Assembly (NCBI GenBank): GCA_965212055.1
Contig: OZ243041.1
Location: 576,001-640,000, forward strand
Length of the DNA: 64,000 bases
Reading direction: 5' to 3'
Source: Fidelibacterota bacterium
GTDB lineage: Bacteria > Fidelibacterota > Marinisomatia > Marinisomatales > Marinisomataceae
Part shown: piece after piece, positions 19,101 through 29,189 of the stretch
How the letters are laid out: each line of letters begins with the position of its first letter
How positions within the stretch are numbered: the first letter of the stretch is position 1
Notes under the pieces: model-generated
Databases searched by the model: none
Seen by the model: only the letters and a program-made list of their open reading frames with translations
What the model was told of the DNA's origin: nothing
Position numbers and translations under genes: made by a program

Positions 19101-20183
19101 TTAATCGTCAAACTTTTCGAAGATAATGTCCTTACTTGCAGTTATATCATGATAATCTTTTATAATCTTTTTTTCATCAGTAGATAATTTTTTAGGAATA
19201 TCAATTTGAATTTTCACAAGCTGATTTCCCCTACCAGATTTTCTCAATCTCGGAAACCCTTTTCCTCTAATTCTTAGAATCTGCCCTGGTTCAATACCTG
19301 CTGGAATTTTAATACTTGTTTTTCCATTAATTGTTGGGACCTCGATTTTATCTCCAAAAACTGCTTGAGAAAAACCAATTCTTACCTGTAAAAGTAAATC
19401 ATCACCATACCTTGAAAAATGTTCATGTACTTCTTCTTCAAAGAAAACATACAAATCCCCAGAAGTCTTATTAATATCTTCATGTCCTTGTGACTCTAGT
19501 GTCATATAATTACCAGTCTCAACCCCAACTGGAATATTAATTTTGATTGTTTCTTCTACTTTCACCATACCATTCTTATCTGAACCAGACGGTCTATGAT
19601 CAATAACTTTACCATACCCTTTACATTGAGGACAAATTGATGTGGAACGCATTTGACCAAGAAAAGAATTTGTTACTTTCGTTACTTGACCAGATCCTCC
19701 ACACATTGAACAGTTAGTAAACGTAGCATCCTCTGCTAATTTTAATTTTTTTAACTTAATTTTTTTAGAACCACCATTTACAATTTCAGCATATGTAACT
19801 TTAATCTTTACTTTAACATCCCCGCCAGTTTTTGCCCTGGAAGCAACGCTACCACCAGAAAAGAAAGATTCAAAAGGATTATTTCCACCAAAGATATCAC
19901 CAAATTGACTGAAAATATCTTCCATATTCATTGATCTAAATCCTGCCTGTCCACCTCCCATACCATTAAAGGCAGAATGACCAAATTGATTATACTGTTG
20001 TCTTTTAGATGAATCGCTTAGAATAGAATATGCTTCAGCTGCTTCTTTAAACTTTTTCTCAGCTTCTTTGTTATCAGGATTACGATCTGGATGATACTTC
20101 ATAGCAATTTTACGATAGGCACGTTTAATTTCTGTTTCATTTGAATCCTTTGAAACCCCTAATATGTCGTAGTAATCTCTCAT
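19101..20183 (-). CDS. dnaJ: Chaperone DnaJ
   Basis: J-domain HPD, G/F region, two CxxCxGxG motifs, C-terminal domain. Confidence 0.95.
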   Translation of the reverse strand: MRDYYDILGVSKDSNETEIKRAYRKIAMKYHPDRNPDNKEAEKKFKEAAEAYSILSDSSKRQQYNQFGHSAFNGMGGGQAGFRSMNMEDIFSQFGDIFGGNNPFESFFSGGSVASRAKTGGDVKVKIKVTYAEIVNGGSKKIKLKKLKLAEDATFTNCSMCGGSGQVTKVTNSFLGQMRSTSICPQCKGYGKVIDHRPSGSDKNGMVKVEETIKINIPVGVETGNYMTLESQGHEDINKTSGDLYVFFEEEVHEHFSRYGDDLLLQVRIGFSQAVFGDKIEVPTINGKTSIKIPAGIEPGQILRIRGKGFPRLRKSGRGNQLVKIQIDIPKKLSTDEKKIIKDYHDITASKDIIFEKFDD

Positions 20184-20686
20184 TTTTTATTTACCACTAC
20201 TTTAGCATGTTTAATAATTAAATCTTTATATTTAACTCCCACTTCATAGACTTCTACTATTTCATCGTCTTTCTTTTTTTTGTCGCTTGTCGTTGTCAAT
20301 GCTTCATGTAAATCGGGATCAAAAATATCCCCTTTTTCCCCAAATTCTGTTATCTGTCTTTCTTCCATTTTCTTTAAGAAATCTTTCTGAATGAGAACAA
20401 GTGCGTTTCTAGTATCTTTATCTTTGTATGAATCAATACCACGATTAATTGTATCTAGAATAGATAAAAAATCTAAAATAAAACTCTTACCTTCGTATTT
20501 TAGAATAGATGAGATTTCTGTTTCTTTTCTCTTTCTAAAATTATCGAATTCTGCTCTTAATCTTAATTCTTTATTTTTTAGATCTTGAATAACATTTTCT
20601 AAATCTTTTTTAGTCATTCTTTTCTTTTTTAATGGCTTTTTTTTATCCAAATCACCATTTGATCCGTTCTTTATTTTTTTGCTCAT
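20180..20686 (-). CDS. grpE: Nucleotide exchange factor GrpE
   Basis: LRLRAEFDNFRKR, FDPDLHEAL, IKHAKVVV. Confidence 0.93.
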   Translation of the reverse strand: MSKKIKNGSNGDLDKKKPLKKKRMTKKDLENVIQDLKNKELRLRAEFDNFRKRKETEISSILKYEGKSFILDFLSILDTINRGIDSYKDKDTRNALVLIQKDFLKKMEERQITEFGEKGDIFDPDLHEALTTTSDKKKKDDEIVEVYEVGVKYKDLIIKHAKVVVNKK

Positions 20687-21540
20687 ACAAGTATTCTCTT
20701 CATTGATCTACCGGATGCATAAGTGCTTATAATAAGCGATAAAACAATTATCCATGCCCATAAATAATGATCAATTTCTATATTGACACCAAGATAGGAA
20801 TTTATTACTACAAATCCATATTTCACTAGGAAAAATGCAAGCAATGAACCTATGAGAGATTGTAAGAAAGTTTCAATAAAAAATGGGGTTTTTATAAATA
20901 AATTTGAAGCACCATTATATCGAAGGATTTCAATAAAATCCTTTCGATTGGATAAAGATAAATTTGTTGTGTTTCCTATAATCTGGATTGAGATAAATAT
21001 GACTAGGAGCACTAAGACTAAAAAAGCAAAGATAAATAAATTGATTCTACTCTCAATATCATCAATATAATTTCCTTGATAACTTATTTCATCAATCAGT
21101 GCATTTAATTTGTACTCTTCAATGAGTGTATTGACTTGATTAGCATCAAATTCATTCTCTTCTAAATTAACCTTTAGCGAAGTCGGCAAGGGATTATATC
21201 CTAATACTTCTACAATGTCTTCTCCAAATTCGTCATAGAATATCTTTGCGGATTCCTCTTTACCAATAAAATCAACAGATGTTACCAACAAATTATTCGA
21301 GAGTTCATTCTTTAAATCAACAGCTTGATCTAAGCTCGTTTCTGAATTTAAGAAAATCTCAAAAGTATATTTAGACCGGAGGAGATTAACAACATTGTCT
21401 GTATTATATCCCAATACAAAGAAAGTACCCAGTATTGTAAAATTGATAAAAATTGTAACAATACATAGAAAGTTAGTAAGCTTATTCCTAGTAAAGTTTT
21501 TAATCCCTTCAACAAACAAAAATGCTAGCTTATCTATCAT
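20683..21540 (-). CDS. ftsX: Cell division permease FtsX
   Basis: LGYNPLP loop, IEILRYNGASNLFIKTPF; follows ftsE. Confidence 0.88.
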   Translation of the reverse strand: MIDKLAFLFVEGIKNFTRNKLTNFLCIVTIFINFTILGTFFVLGYNTDNVVNLLRSKYTFEIFLNSETSLDQAVDLKNELSNNLLVTSVDFIGKEESAKIFYDEFGEDIVEVLGYNPLPTSLKVNLEENEFDANQVNTLIEEYKLNALIDEISYQGNYIDDIESRINLFIFAFLVLVLLVIFISIQIIGNTTNLSLSNRKDFIEILRYNGASNLFIKTPFFIETFLQSLIGSLLAFFLVKYGFVVINSYLGVNIEIDHYLWAWIIVLSLIISTYASGRSMKRILV

Positions 21541-22190
21541 CCGCTGACTATTCTACCTTCATTTAATTCAATTACTCGATATGTTTTATCAGAAATAAGT
21601 TTATAATTGTGAGTTGCCATAACTACGCATGTCCCCTCTTTATTAATCTGTTCAAATATTTTTAAAATCTTATGTCCCGTAGTAGGATCTAGATTTCCTG
21701 TTGGTTCATCGGCCAATATAATATCAGGATTCTTCACAATTGCACGAGCGATACATACTCGTTGTTGTTCTCCGCCAGATAATTCATCAGGAAATTTCTT
21801 AGAATAATGTGATAGCTCTGTTAAGTCTAATGCTTCTCTGACAAGTTGTTTAATTTTTTTTCTACCAACTCCATTAATATGCAGAGGTAAGGCAATATTC
21901 TCATATACAGTCCTTTGCTTTAAAAGTTTGTAATCTTGAAAAACAACTCCAATTTTCTTTCTTATTTTGTGTATAGAGGATTTTTTAACATTCTTTGAAG
22001 AATAATTTAGAATATTCACCTTTCCTTTATGAGGAAACAAATCAAAATAAAGTAATTTTAATAGTGTAGTTTTCCCAGAACCAGTAGGACCAACAAGAAA
22101 ACAAAATTCGTTATCTTGGATTTCCAAATCAATGTCATAAACCCCCGATTGATGAGAATAATTGTAGGTTATATTTTCAAAATTAATCAT
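21537..22190 (-). CDS. ftsE: Cell division ATP-binding protein FtsE
   Basis: [37 protein letters not shown]. Confidence 0.92.
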   Translation of the reverse strand: MINFENITYNYSHQSGVYDIDLEIQDNEFCFLVGPTGSGKTTLLKLLYFDLFPHKGKVNILNYSSKNVKKSSIHKIRKKIGVVFQDYKLLKQRTVYENIALPLHINGVGRKKIKQLVREALDLTELSHYSKKFPDELSGGEQQRVCIARAIVKNPDIILADEPTGNLDPTTGHKILKIFEQINKEGTCVVMATHNYKLISDKTYRVIELNEGRIVSG

Positions 22191-23113
22191 GAAAACTGTA
22201 AATAAAGGAATATAGTATATAACAATAGAAGAAAAATACCTGAAGATCTATTTAATCCACCAAAAAACAATGATAAAGGCAATAATAGAAATACTAGAAT
22301 CAATCCATAAAATAATTCAAAATTAATATCACTAATAAATTCTATAGGATTGATTAGTGCTACTATTCCTAAAACAAAAACAATATTTAGGATATTTGAA
22401 CCAATAATATTGCCTAATGATATACCTACCTCTTTCTTCGACAAAGCTACCATAGTTACAAAAACTTCTGGAAGAGATGTCCCGATAGCAACAACAGTCA
22501 TACCAATAGCTTCTTCAGACAATCCGGATTCTTTCATTAAGGGGACTGCGCCATTATTAATAAAAAGTTCAGAACCCCAATATAGACACATACCACCGGC
22601 TAATAGTCTTACCAGTGATGGAAAAATGTTTCCAGAAACCTGGGTACCATTGCTAGGTTCAGTATCGATACTGGCTCTAAAGATTCTTCCAAATATGAAA
22701 ACTGAAAAAATAAGGAGCAGACCTAACGAATCTTGAAGCGATATCATATTATCTAAAGAAATAAAATATAAATAAACACATGCTAGTATATTATACACTA
22801 TTACATCTCTAATATGATTTACTTGAAACTTGATGCTATAGAATAAAGCAGGCAACCCTAGAGCTAGACCAATATTTGCAACATTAGATCCTAATACATT
22901 ACCCATTACAAATTCTTGATACCCTCCTAAGGCTGATAGAATACCAACTACTAACTCTGGAAAAGATGTGCCGATTGCAACAACTGTTAATCCAATTACA
23001 AAATCTGAAAATCTTAATTTTCTTGCAATAGCTTTGGCAGCACTAATTAACCATTCTGATCCTACAAATAAGATGGCAGAACCAAGAGCTAAGAAAAATA
23101 AACTAGATGCCAT
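22187..23113 (-). CDS. Calcium/sodium antiporter (YrbG family)
   Basis: Two alpha-repeats GTSFPE..GNVLGSN and GTSLPE..GNIIGSN. Confidence 0.92.
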   Translation of the reverse strand: MASSLFFLALGSAILFVGSEWLISAAKAIARKLRFSDFVIGLTVVAIGTSFPELVVGILSALGGYQEFVMGNVLGSNVANIGLALGLPALFYSIKFQVNHIRDVIVYNILACVYLYFISLDNMISLQDSLGLLLIFSVFIFGRIFRASIDTEPSNGTQVSGNIFPSLVRLLAGGMCLYWGSELFINNGAVPLMKESGLSEEAIGMTVVAIGTSLPEVFVTMVALSKKEVGISLGNIIGSNILNIVFVLGIVALINPIEFISDINFELFYGLILVFLLLPLSLFFGGLNRSSGIFLLLLYTIFLYLQFS

Positions 23114-23694
23114 CAGTATAACTCATTTTCATTGATATACTCCCATACCTCTTTTGGAACCATGTATCTAATTGTTTTTCCTTCTCTCCATCTTGCTCTT
23201 ATGTTTGTGGAAGAAACTTCAAACCTTGGGATATTTGCAAAACGTACATTGTCTAATATCCATTGTGGAATATCGCTTGGGGTAAAACCAGGTCGAATAG
23301 CAACAATAATATTACATAATTCCATAATTTTTTCAGGGTCTTTCCAGGTATGAAAACTCCTTAAAGTGTCGCTTCCCATGAGAAAGAATAGATCTTTTTT
23401 ATCTAGATTTAAACTATTTACAAATTCTTCCAATGTATCAATCGTATAACTAACCCCTTCTCTTTTTATTTCTATATCTGAAATCTCAAAATTGGTATTG
23501 TTGATTAAAGACATTTCTAGCATCTTTAACCTTGTTTTAGGTGAGGAACTATCTACATCTTTTTTAGTAGGAGCAATATTAGCAGGAACAAATATCAATC
23601 GTTCAAAATGCTCAGATTCGAAAACTGTTTGTGCAATCAAAAGATGTCCAATATGAGGAGGGTCAAAAGTCCCACCGAAGATGCAAGTTTTCAT
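23113..23694 (-). CDS. nadD: Nicotinate-nucleotide adenylyltransferase
   Basis: FGGTFDPPHIGH, SYTIDTL, FLMGSD, VSSTNIR. Confidence 0.95.
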   Translation of the reverse strand: MKTCIFGGTFDPPHIGHLLIAQTVFESEHFERLIFVPANIAPTKKDVDSSSPKTRLKMLEMSLINNTNFEISDIEIKREGVSYTIDTLEEFVNSLNLDKKDLFFLMGSDTLRSFHTWKDPEKIMELCNIIVAIRPGFTPSDIPQWILDNVRFANIPRFEVSSTNIRARWREGKTIRYMVPKEVWEYINENELY

Positions 23695-23713
23695 ACTCTA
23701 TCCTTTTATAAAA

Positions 23714-24457
23714 TTATGATGCATTATCTAAAATCTCAGATGCTAATTCTTTGAAATTATCATCCACAAACAATTCATTATTGTCGATTAGTTTTTGTAA
23801 GAAAGTATTTGCTTCATCTTCTTTTTTCAGAAGTACCAAACAACGAATAATCTCTAAATTCGCTTGACTATAATATTCTGTATCATAGTAGTCAGTGGTA
23901 ACTATTCTATACGAGACTAACGCAGAATCATATGCTTTTAACTTAATATATAATTCACCAGTTTCCATATTTTTCCTCGCTAATCTTAATCTGATTTTTT
24001 TAATTAATTTATCTGCATCAACAGAATATTCAGATTGAGGGTAATCATCTAGAAATTGTTGAATTTCTTGTATCGCTTTCGCGCTTGAATCTTGATCATG
24101 ATAATAATTAGGAGAAAGCTCCATAAGAGATTCACAAATTCTCCAACGAGATTTCTCTATATAAGGACTAAAACCCATTCTGGCAACTAGCTTATCATAT
24201 TCAATTAAGGCTAAATCATAATCATTATCTAAAAAATATGATTCAGCAAGAAAAAATAATGCATCATCTCCCAAGTCTGTATGAGATGCTCTTTCAACTA
24301 TAATATTAAATTGTTGAGCAGCGCGACCATATTTTTCTTCTTGGAAGAATACAAGACCTTCATCAAATCTTTGTTTGTAAGGGATATCATCACTGAATGG
24401 ATTGGACAATCCACACCCCACTAAATAAAAAACAGTTAATATAAGAACTAGTCTCAC
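23714..24457 (-). CDS. bamD: Outer membrane protein assembly factor BamD
   Basis: Lipobox LVGC, TPRs, SPNYYHDQ..AI..Q.F...YP.SEY pattern. Confidence 0.85.
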   Translation of the reverse strand: MRLVLILTVFYLVGCGLSNPFSDDIPYKQRFDEGLVFFQEEKYGRAAQQFNIIVERASHTDLGDDALFFLAESYFLDNDYDLALIEYDKLVARMGFSPYIEKSRWRICESLMELSPNYYHDQDSSAKAIQEIQQFLDDYPQSEYSVDADKLIKKIRLRLARKNMETGELYIKLKAYDSALVSYRIVTTDYYDTEYYSQANLEIIRCLVLLKKEDEANTFLQKLIDNNELFVDDNFKELASEILDNAS

Positions 24458-24486
24458 TTTAGAAAATATTATGTGTTAAACGATAG

Positions 24487-25422
24487 TTAAAAAGAACCAC
24501 TTAGAGAAAATCTCACCATATTTGAATGTGGATCGAGATCTCCGCCCATAACGTAGCTAACATCAAATCCGACAGGATCTAAACGAGCACCTATACCTAA
24601 AGTAGTATAACTTAACTCACCTGATGGATCATTCATAAATCCAGCTCTTAAAGCAAAGTTTTCTACAAGAAAATACTCGAAACCAAGATTTGTTACCATT
24701 GCTTGGTCATTAACTTCATAATTTAAATCAAATGCTAGATTTCCTGCCCCTTCAAGCATTAATAAACCAATACCAAAACCTAGGCGAGTAGGAAGTGGGT
24801 CTTCTTCTCCGTCACCAAAACTTACACCTGGACCAAGATTGGTTAAAACCGCTCCCATTGTAAGATTTGGATTATTCATAGCATTATGTCTAAAATATCC
24901 TACATCAACGGCGAAGCTTCCGGTAGCTGCATCAATATTACTTAAATCAGCTAATTCTTGATAAAAATATTTACCATTTACTCCCCATGATGAATTATCA
25001 TCAACTTTTTGTGAATAAGATACATTTAATGCATACATGAAACTGGAAAATGAACCAAGCTCATTACCATTATCATCAGTACTGATTTGATCTCCAAGAT
25101 TTAAATAAGTAAAGTGTCCTCCAATTGCAGAATTTTCTTTAAAAGGCATTGCAAATGTGAGAAAATCATAAGCCATATCATCAACTAAATTTGGTAAATA
25201 GCTGGTGTGCATAAATGAAAATTGTTTACTTGATAAATTAGAAAGGCCGGCTGGATTGTAATACGTCGAATAAGCATCATTAGCAACACCAATTTGAGCT
25301 TCTCCCATGCCATTAGCTCTTGCCCCTGGATTGATTGCTAAAAATAAAGATCCCGCTTCTCCTTGAGCCATGATTATTTGTGAAAACAAGAGGAAAGTAA
25401 ATATAGATTTTTTATAACTCAT
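24487..25422 (-). CDS. PorV/PorQ-family outer membrane beta-barrel
   Basis: Signal peptide; FLAINPGARANGMGEA..YYNPAGL; YLNLG; LPTRL; C-terminal F. Confidence 0.8.
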   Translation of the reverse strand: MSYKKSIFTFLLFSQIIMAQGEAGSLFLAINPGARANGMGEAQIGVANDAYSTYYNPAGLSNLSSKQFSFMHTSYLPNLVDDMAYDFLTFAMPFKENSAIGGHFTYLNLGDQISTDDNGNELGSFSSFMYALNVSYSQKVDDNSSWGVNGKYFYQELADLSNIDAATGSFAVDVGYFRHNAMNNPNLTMGAVLTNLGPGVSFGDGEEDPLPTRLGFGIGLLMLEGAGNLAFDLNYEVNDQAMVTNLGFEYFLVENFALRAGFMNDPSGELSYTTLGIGARLDPVGFDVSYVMGGDLDPHSNMVRFSLSGSF

Positions 25423-25482
25423 GATGCATTAAGTATAAATAAAATTTAGTAAAAGAACAAATTATTAAAAACATGTTCAATC

Positions 25483-27330
25483 CTACAACATGTTGGCAAC
25501 TTTGACTCCAAGCCTTATAGCTGCTTGGCTTCCTATAAAGAACAAAGGAATATATGTGATAATCAAAACCCCAATCAATCGAATAAAGAAATATGGCATT
25601 GTTGCTTTGTATACCGTTGGCATATCTTTATTAAAGCGATAAGATGATAAGAATAGATTCATTCCTACTGGTGGTGTGATATACCCAAGCTCAAGATTTG
25701 CAATAAAAATAATAGCTAAATGTATAGGGTCAATACCAAAATGTGCCGCCAATGGAGCAATTAAAGGTACTATGACAATAATAGCAGAGAAAACATCCAT
25801 AATGCAACCAGCAATCAATAAGAGAATGTTTAGCGCCAATAAGAATATAAGTTTTGATTCAATTGATTGTTGAGTAAAGTGGAGAATCTTTAACGGAATT
25901 TCAGCGTCTACAAGATATCCAGTAAATCCCATAGCAAATCCCAAAATAATTAATACTCCACCAACAAGTGTTGCACAATCAATCACAATTTTTGGAATAT
26001 CTTTTAGGTTGATATCTTTATAGATATATAACTCAATAAATAAAACATAGACGACTAAGAGTGCTGCACATTCTACAAGCGTTGCAAAACCGCTAAATAA
26101 ACCAAAAACAATCAATATAGGAATAACAATCTCCCATTTTGCAACAGACAAAGCTTTAATAGAATCCTTTAAGCTGAATTTTATTTTTTTCTTTTTGTTT
26201 GGCCTATGATAAAAACCATACAATACGACAACTAATAACAAAAATAGTGCTGGAAGAAATCCTTGTTTAAATAAATCAATAGGATTAATACCAGCTGTTA
26301 CTGAATAGATAATTGCAGGTAAACTTGGAGGAAAAAGTAGCCCTAAAGATCCAGCCGCAGTAACAAGTCCTAAAGAAAACATTTTAGAGTATCCATCTTC
26401 AACTAAAACCGGATACAAAACAGCGCCAAGTGCTAAAATGGTAATACCGGATCCCCCTGTAAGCGCAGTAAAAAATGCACATAGTAATACAACAATCAAT
26501 ACCGTAGAACCAGGTAACCATCCAAACGAAGTCTTAAAAAAATCTAAAAGACGTCTAGAAATGTTGCTTTCAGCAAGAAGATATCCCGCTAATGTAAATA
26601 TAGGAATAGCCGCTAATGTTGGACGAACAACAATACTATAAGCGCTATCGCTAATTGTAGCCATTAAACCAAAGTTTGTAGTCCATTCATTTGGCTCTGA
26701 CAGAAAAAATATTATTGAGAGTGCTGCTAGAACAACAAAAATGGGTAAACCAAATGCTACCAATGCAAGAGTGCATAGAACCTGTATCGTTAAAAGAATT
26801 TCATTTGAATATGGAGACTGCCAATAATAAAAAACTAAAATAGCTAAAAAAGAACAAAAAACTAAGAAGAGACGATAGTTTAATTTGTCACTACTTGTCA
26901 TTATCATGTGATACCAAATTAAAAACAATCCAACCGGAATAATGCTTTGAGCAAACCAAACTGTGATAAATGGAGCAATAAAATCTGGATACTGAATTCC
27001 AATCTGTATCATTTTTAAATAAGAAACAGCAAGAAGAAAAACTACTGAAACCGAAACAGCATGAACTAAAAAATAACCAATATTGAATTCGGGAGATGGT
27101 TTAAACACGGGCTCTCTAACAACCGCTAAAAGCCTATTAGATCGCGCTGCTAAAACTGCTCCCATAAACGCAATCCACAAAGTCATATGTTGTACAATTT
27201 CTTGAGAAGCAGGAATTGAAAAAAAACCAATTGATCGAGACAAAATCTGAAAAATCGGAAAAGTAATTATTATTGAAAAACAAAAATAACAAATAAAGTT
27301 TTCTATCTTGCTAAGAAAATTATTCATCAA
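25483..27330 (-). CDS. TRAP transporter fused small/large permease (DctQM)
   Basis: LAAIPIFTLAG, FTALTGGSG, GSLGLLFPPS, ELGYITPPVGMNLF. Confidence 0.92.
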   Translation of the reverse strand: MMNNFLSKIENFICYFCFSIIITFPIFQILSRSIGFFSIPASQEIVQHMTLWIAFMGAVLAARSNRLLAVVREPVFKPSPEFNIGYFLVHAVSVSVVFLLAVSYLKMIQIGIQYPDFIAPFITVWFAQSIIPVGLFLIWYHMIMTSSDKLNYRLFLVFCSFLAILVFYYWQSPYSNEILLTIQVLCTLALVAFGLPIFVVLAALSIIFFLSEPNEWTTNFGLMATISDSAYSIVVRPTLAAIPIFTLAGYLLAESNISRRLLDFFKTSFGWLPGSTVLIVVLLCAFFTALTGGSGITILALGAVLYPVLVEDGYSKMFSLGLVTAAGSLGLLFPPSLPAIIYSVTAGINPIDLFKQGFLPALFLLLVVVLYGFYHRPNKKKKIKFSLKDSIKALSVAKWEIVIPILIVFGLFSGFATLVECAALLVVYVLFIELYIYKDINLKDIPKIVIDCATLVGGVLIILGFAMGFTGYLVDAEIPLKILHFTQQSIESKLIFLLALNILLLIAGCIMDVFSAIIVIVPLIAPLAAHFGIDPIHLAIIFIANLELGYITPPVGMNLFLSSYRFNKDMPTVYKATMPYFFIRLIGVLIITYIPLFFIGSQAAIRLGVKVANML

Positions 27331-28330
27331 TTGCGGAAGTTACCTTATTGTATACTTCTTCAGGAACATATGCATCAATCACATCAGGCATAATTTCTTT
27401 CTTAAAATCTTCCCATATTTTTAACTCTTCATCTGTTGGTGTCTTAACTTTCATACCATATTCTTTCATCATTTCAATTGCTTTGGCATCTGTTGTTCTA
27501 CCATTCTCTTGATATTTCTTACCTATTTCTTGTGCTATTTCCATCATCACTTTTTGATGTTCTGGTCGTATTTTTGACCAAACCCTTTCATCAACAATAA
27601 CTGCTCCGATAAAAACAGCCCATTTCAAATCTAACATATTTGGCATTAAAGCAAACCACCCAGAACTCAATGACAATATTGGAACAGTCTGCATACTATT
27701 AATCATCCCAGTCTGTAAACCAGTCAAAATATCTGTCTCTGATACAGGAATTGCATTAAATCCAAATCTCTTGAAGAGTTCAACAGTGACATAGTCTCCA
27801 GCCGTTGTATAAATTTTAGCATTTTTTAAATCTTCTGGAACTGCAATTTCATTCACAGAAAACCAATATACCCAACCAATATCTACTAAGAATAGTAATT
27901 TAAATCCGCTTTCAGATAATCCGTCACTTATATCATCAAACATAACGCTCTTTACTCTCTCTACATCATCATAATCTTTGTAGATCATTGGAATCGTAAA
28001 TGCTTGAATTTTATCTGTTAAATCAGCCAATCCTATTGAAGACATTGCTGAAGCTTGAATCTGACCAATACGCATTTTTCTGATAGTATCACTTTCACGC
28101 CCAACAACACCGTTGGGATAGATTCGAAGCATTACTTGGCCATCTGTTTCCTCTTGCCACCTTTGCCCCATTTCAAGAAGTAGATTGTAGTATTCAGTCC
28201 CTTCAGGTGCGAGAGTTGCAAGTTTTATTACAATAGGCTTGTTGGAAACTACAGCAGGTTTAGATATCAGTACTCCTGAGCAGATAATTAGTAAAAAAAT
28301 AGTTTTAATAAAATTTATCATATTAAACAC
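27320..28330 (-). CDS. dctP: TRAP transporter substrate-binding protein (DctP/TatP)
   Basis: IKLATLAPEGT, YPNGVVG, LQTGMI. Confidence 0.9.
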   Translation of the reverse strand: MFNMINFIKTIFLLIICSGVLISKPAVVSNKPIVIKLATLAPEGTEYYNLLLEMGQRWQEETDGQVMLRIYPNGVVGRESDTIRKMRIGQIQASAMSSIGLADLTDKIQAFTIPMIYKDYDDVERVKSVMFDDISDGLSESGFKLLFLVDIGWVYWFSVNEIAVPEDLKNAKIYTTAGDYVTVELFKRFGFNAIPVSETDILTGLQTGMINSMQTVPILSLSSGWFALMPNMLDLKWAVFIGAVIVDERVWSKIRPEHQKVMMEIAQEIGKKYQENGRTTDAKAIEMMKEYGMKVKTPTDEELKIWEDFKKEIMPDVIDAYVPEEVYNKVTSAIDE

Positions 28331-29188
28331 TTACATATAGAATAAGTCGTCAATCCTAGTTAATAACCATTTTGCTCTTAACTTAGATAACAAATTGGCT
28401 TGTTTCATATCTTTGTCTGCGTTGATATCCATTGACAAAGCTTTATTAATCAACTCTAGAAAATAATCTTTATCTTGTTTTGCTACGGCAAAACTCTCTG
28501 CTAAAGTAACATAAATACCAATATTATTTCCGTTTGCTGCACGATCAGCAAGCTCGAAGTATTCCAAAGCTTTTTTCTCAGAATCTCTGTCTCCTGTTGT
28601 ATCATTTAAGTATACACTCATCATAGCTGCATATAACGATCCTTTTTCCCAACCAGGCTCAAGAGCAATAGCATTCTCAAGCAACCATTTAATATTCGTT
28701 AAATCAATTAAATAGCTTGGATCCCCTTTACTAGCCGATATAGATCCTGCCATTGCACCGCTAAGCCAATATAAATAAGGAATATCTCTTGTTGTAAAAC
28801 TAATCGACTCTTTATGAATCATTTTAGATTTAAAATCGGGATGCCTTAATGATAATGCGGTCAACATATATTCTCGTGATGTTAGAAAAAGATCAAGAGC
28901 TTCCGAATAATATTCTCTTGCAGTATAGTAATCAGCATACATCAATCTATCTGCTTTATCCATTAAAATTGCATAAGAAAATTGAATTAATCTTTCGGAA
29001 GCTTCTAAGTAAACTGTAGAATTAAAAGAATCTTTCCTAATCTTCTTCTCTTGTGCTTTTGCTGTAAGAGGAATAGTGTACTCAATGATATCTGCTCCAA
29101 ACATTGTACTTCTATTTACAGAACATGCATTGAGAACCAAAATTGAAAAAATCCAAATATATAATTGTCTTCTTTGAAAAATAATCAT
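28331..29188 (-). CDS. TRAP transporter TatT component lipoprotein
   Basis: Lipobox LNAC; helical repeats; PYLYW; directly upstream of dctP and dctQM. Confidence 0.8.
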   Translation of the reverse strand: MIIFQRRQLYIWIFSILVLNACSVNRSTMFGADIIEYTIPLTAKAQEKKIRKDSFNSTVYLEASERLIQFSYAILMDKADRLMYADYYTAREYYSEALDLFLTSREYMLTALSLRHPDFKSKMIHKESISFTTRDIPYLYWLSGAMAGSISASKGDPSYLIDLTNIKWLLENAIALEPGWEKGSLYAAMMSVYLNDTTGDRDSEKKALEYFELADRAANGNNIGIYVTLAESFAVAKQDKDYFLELINKALSMDINADKDMKQANLLSKLRAKWLLTRIDDLFYM

Positions 29189-29189
29189 A

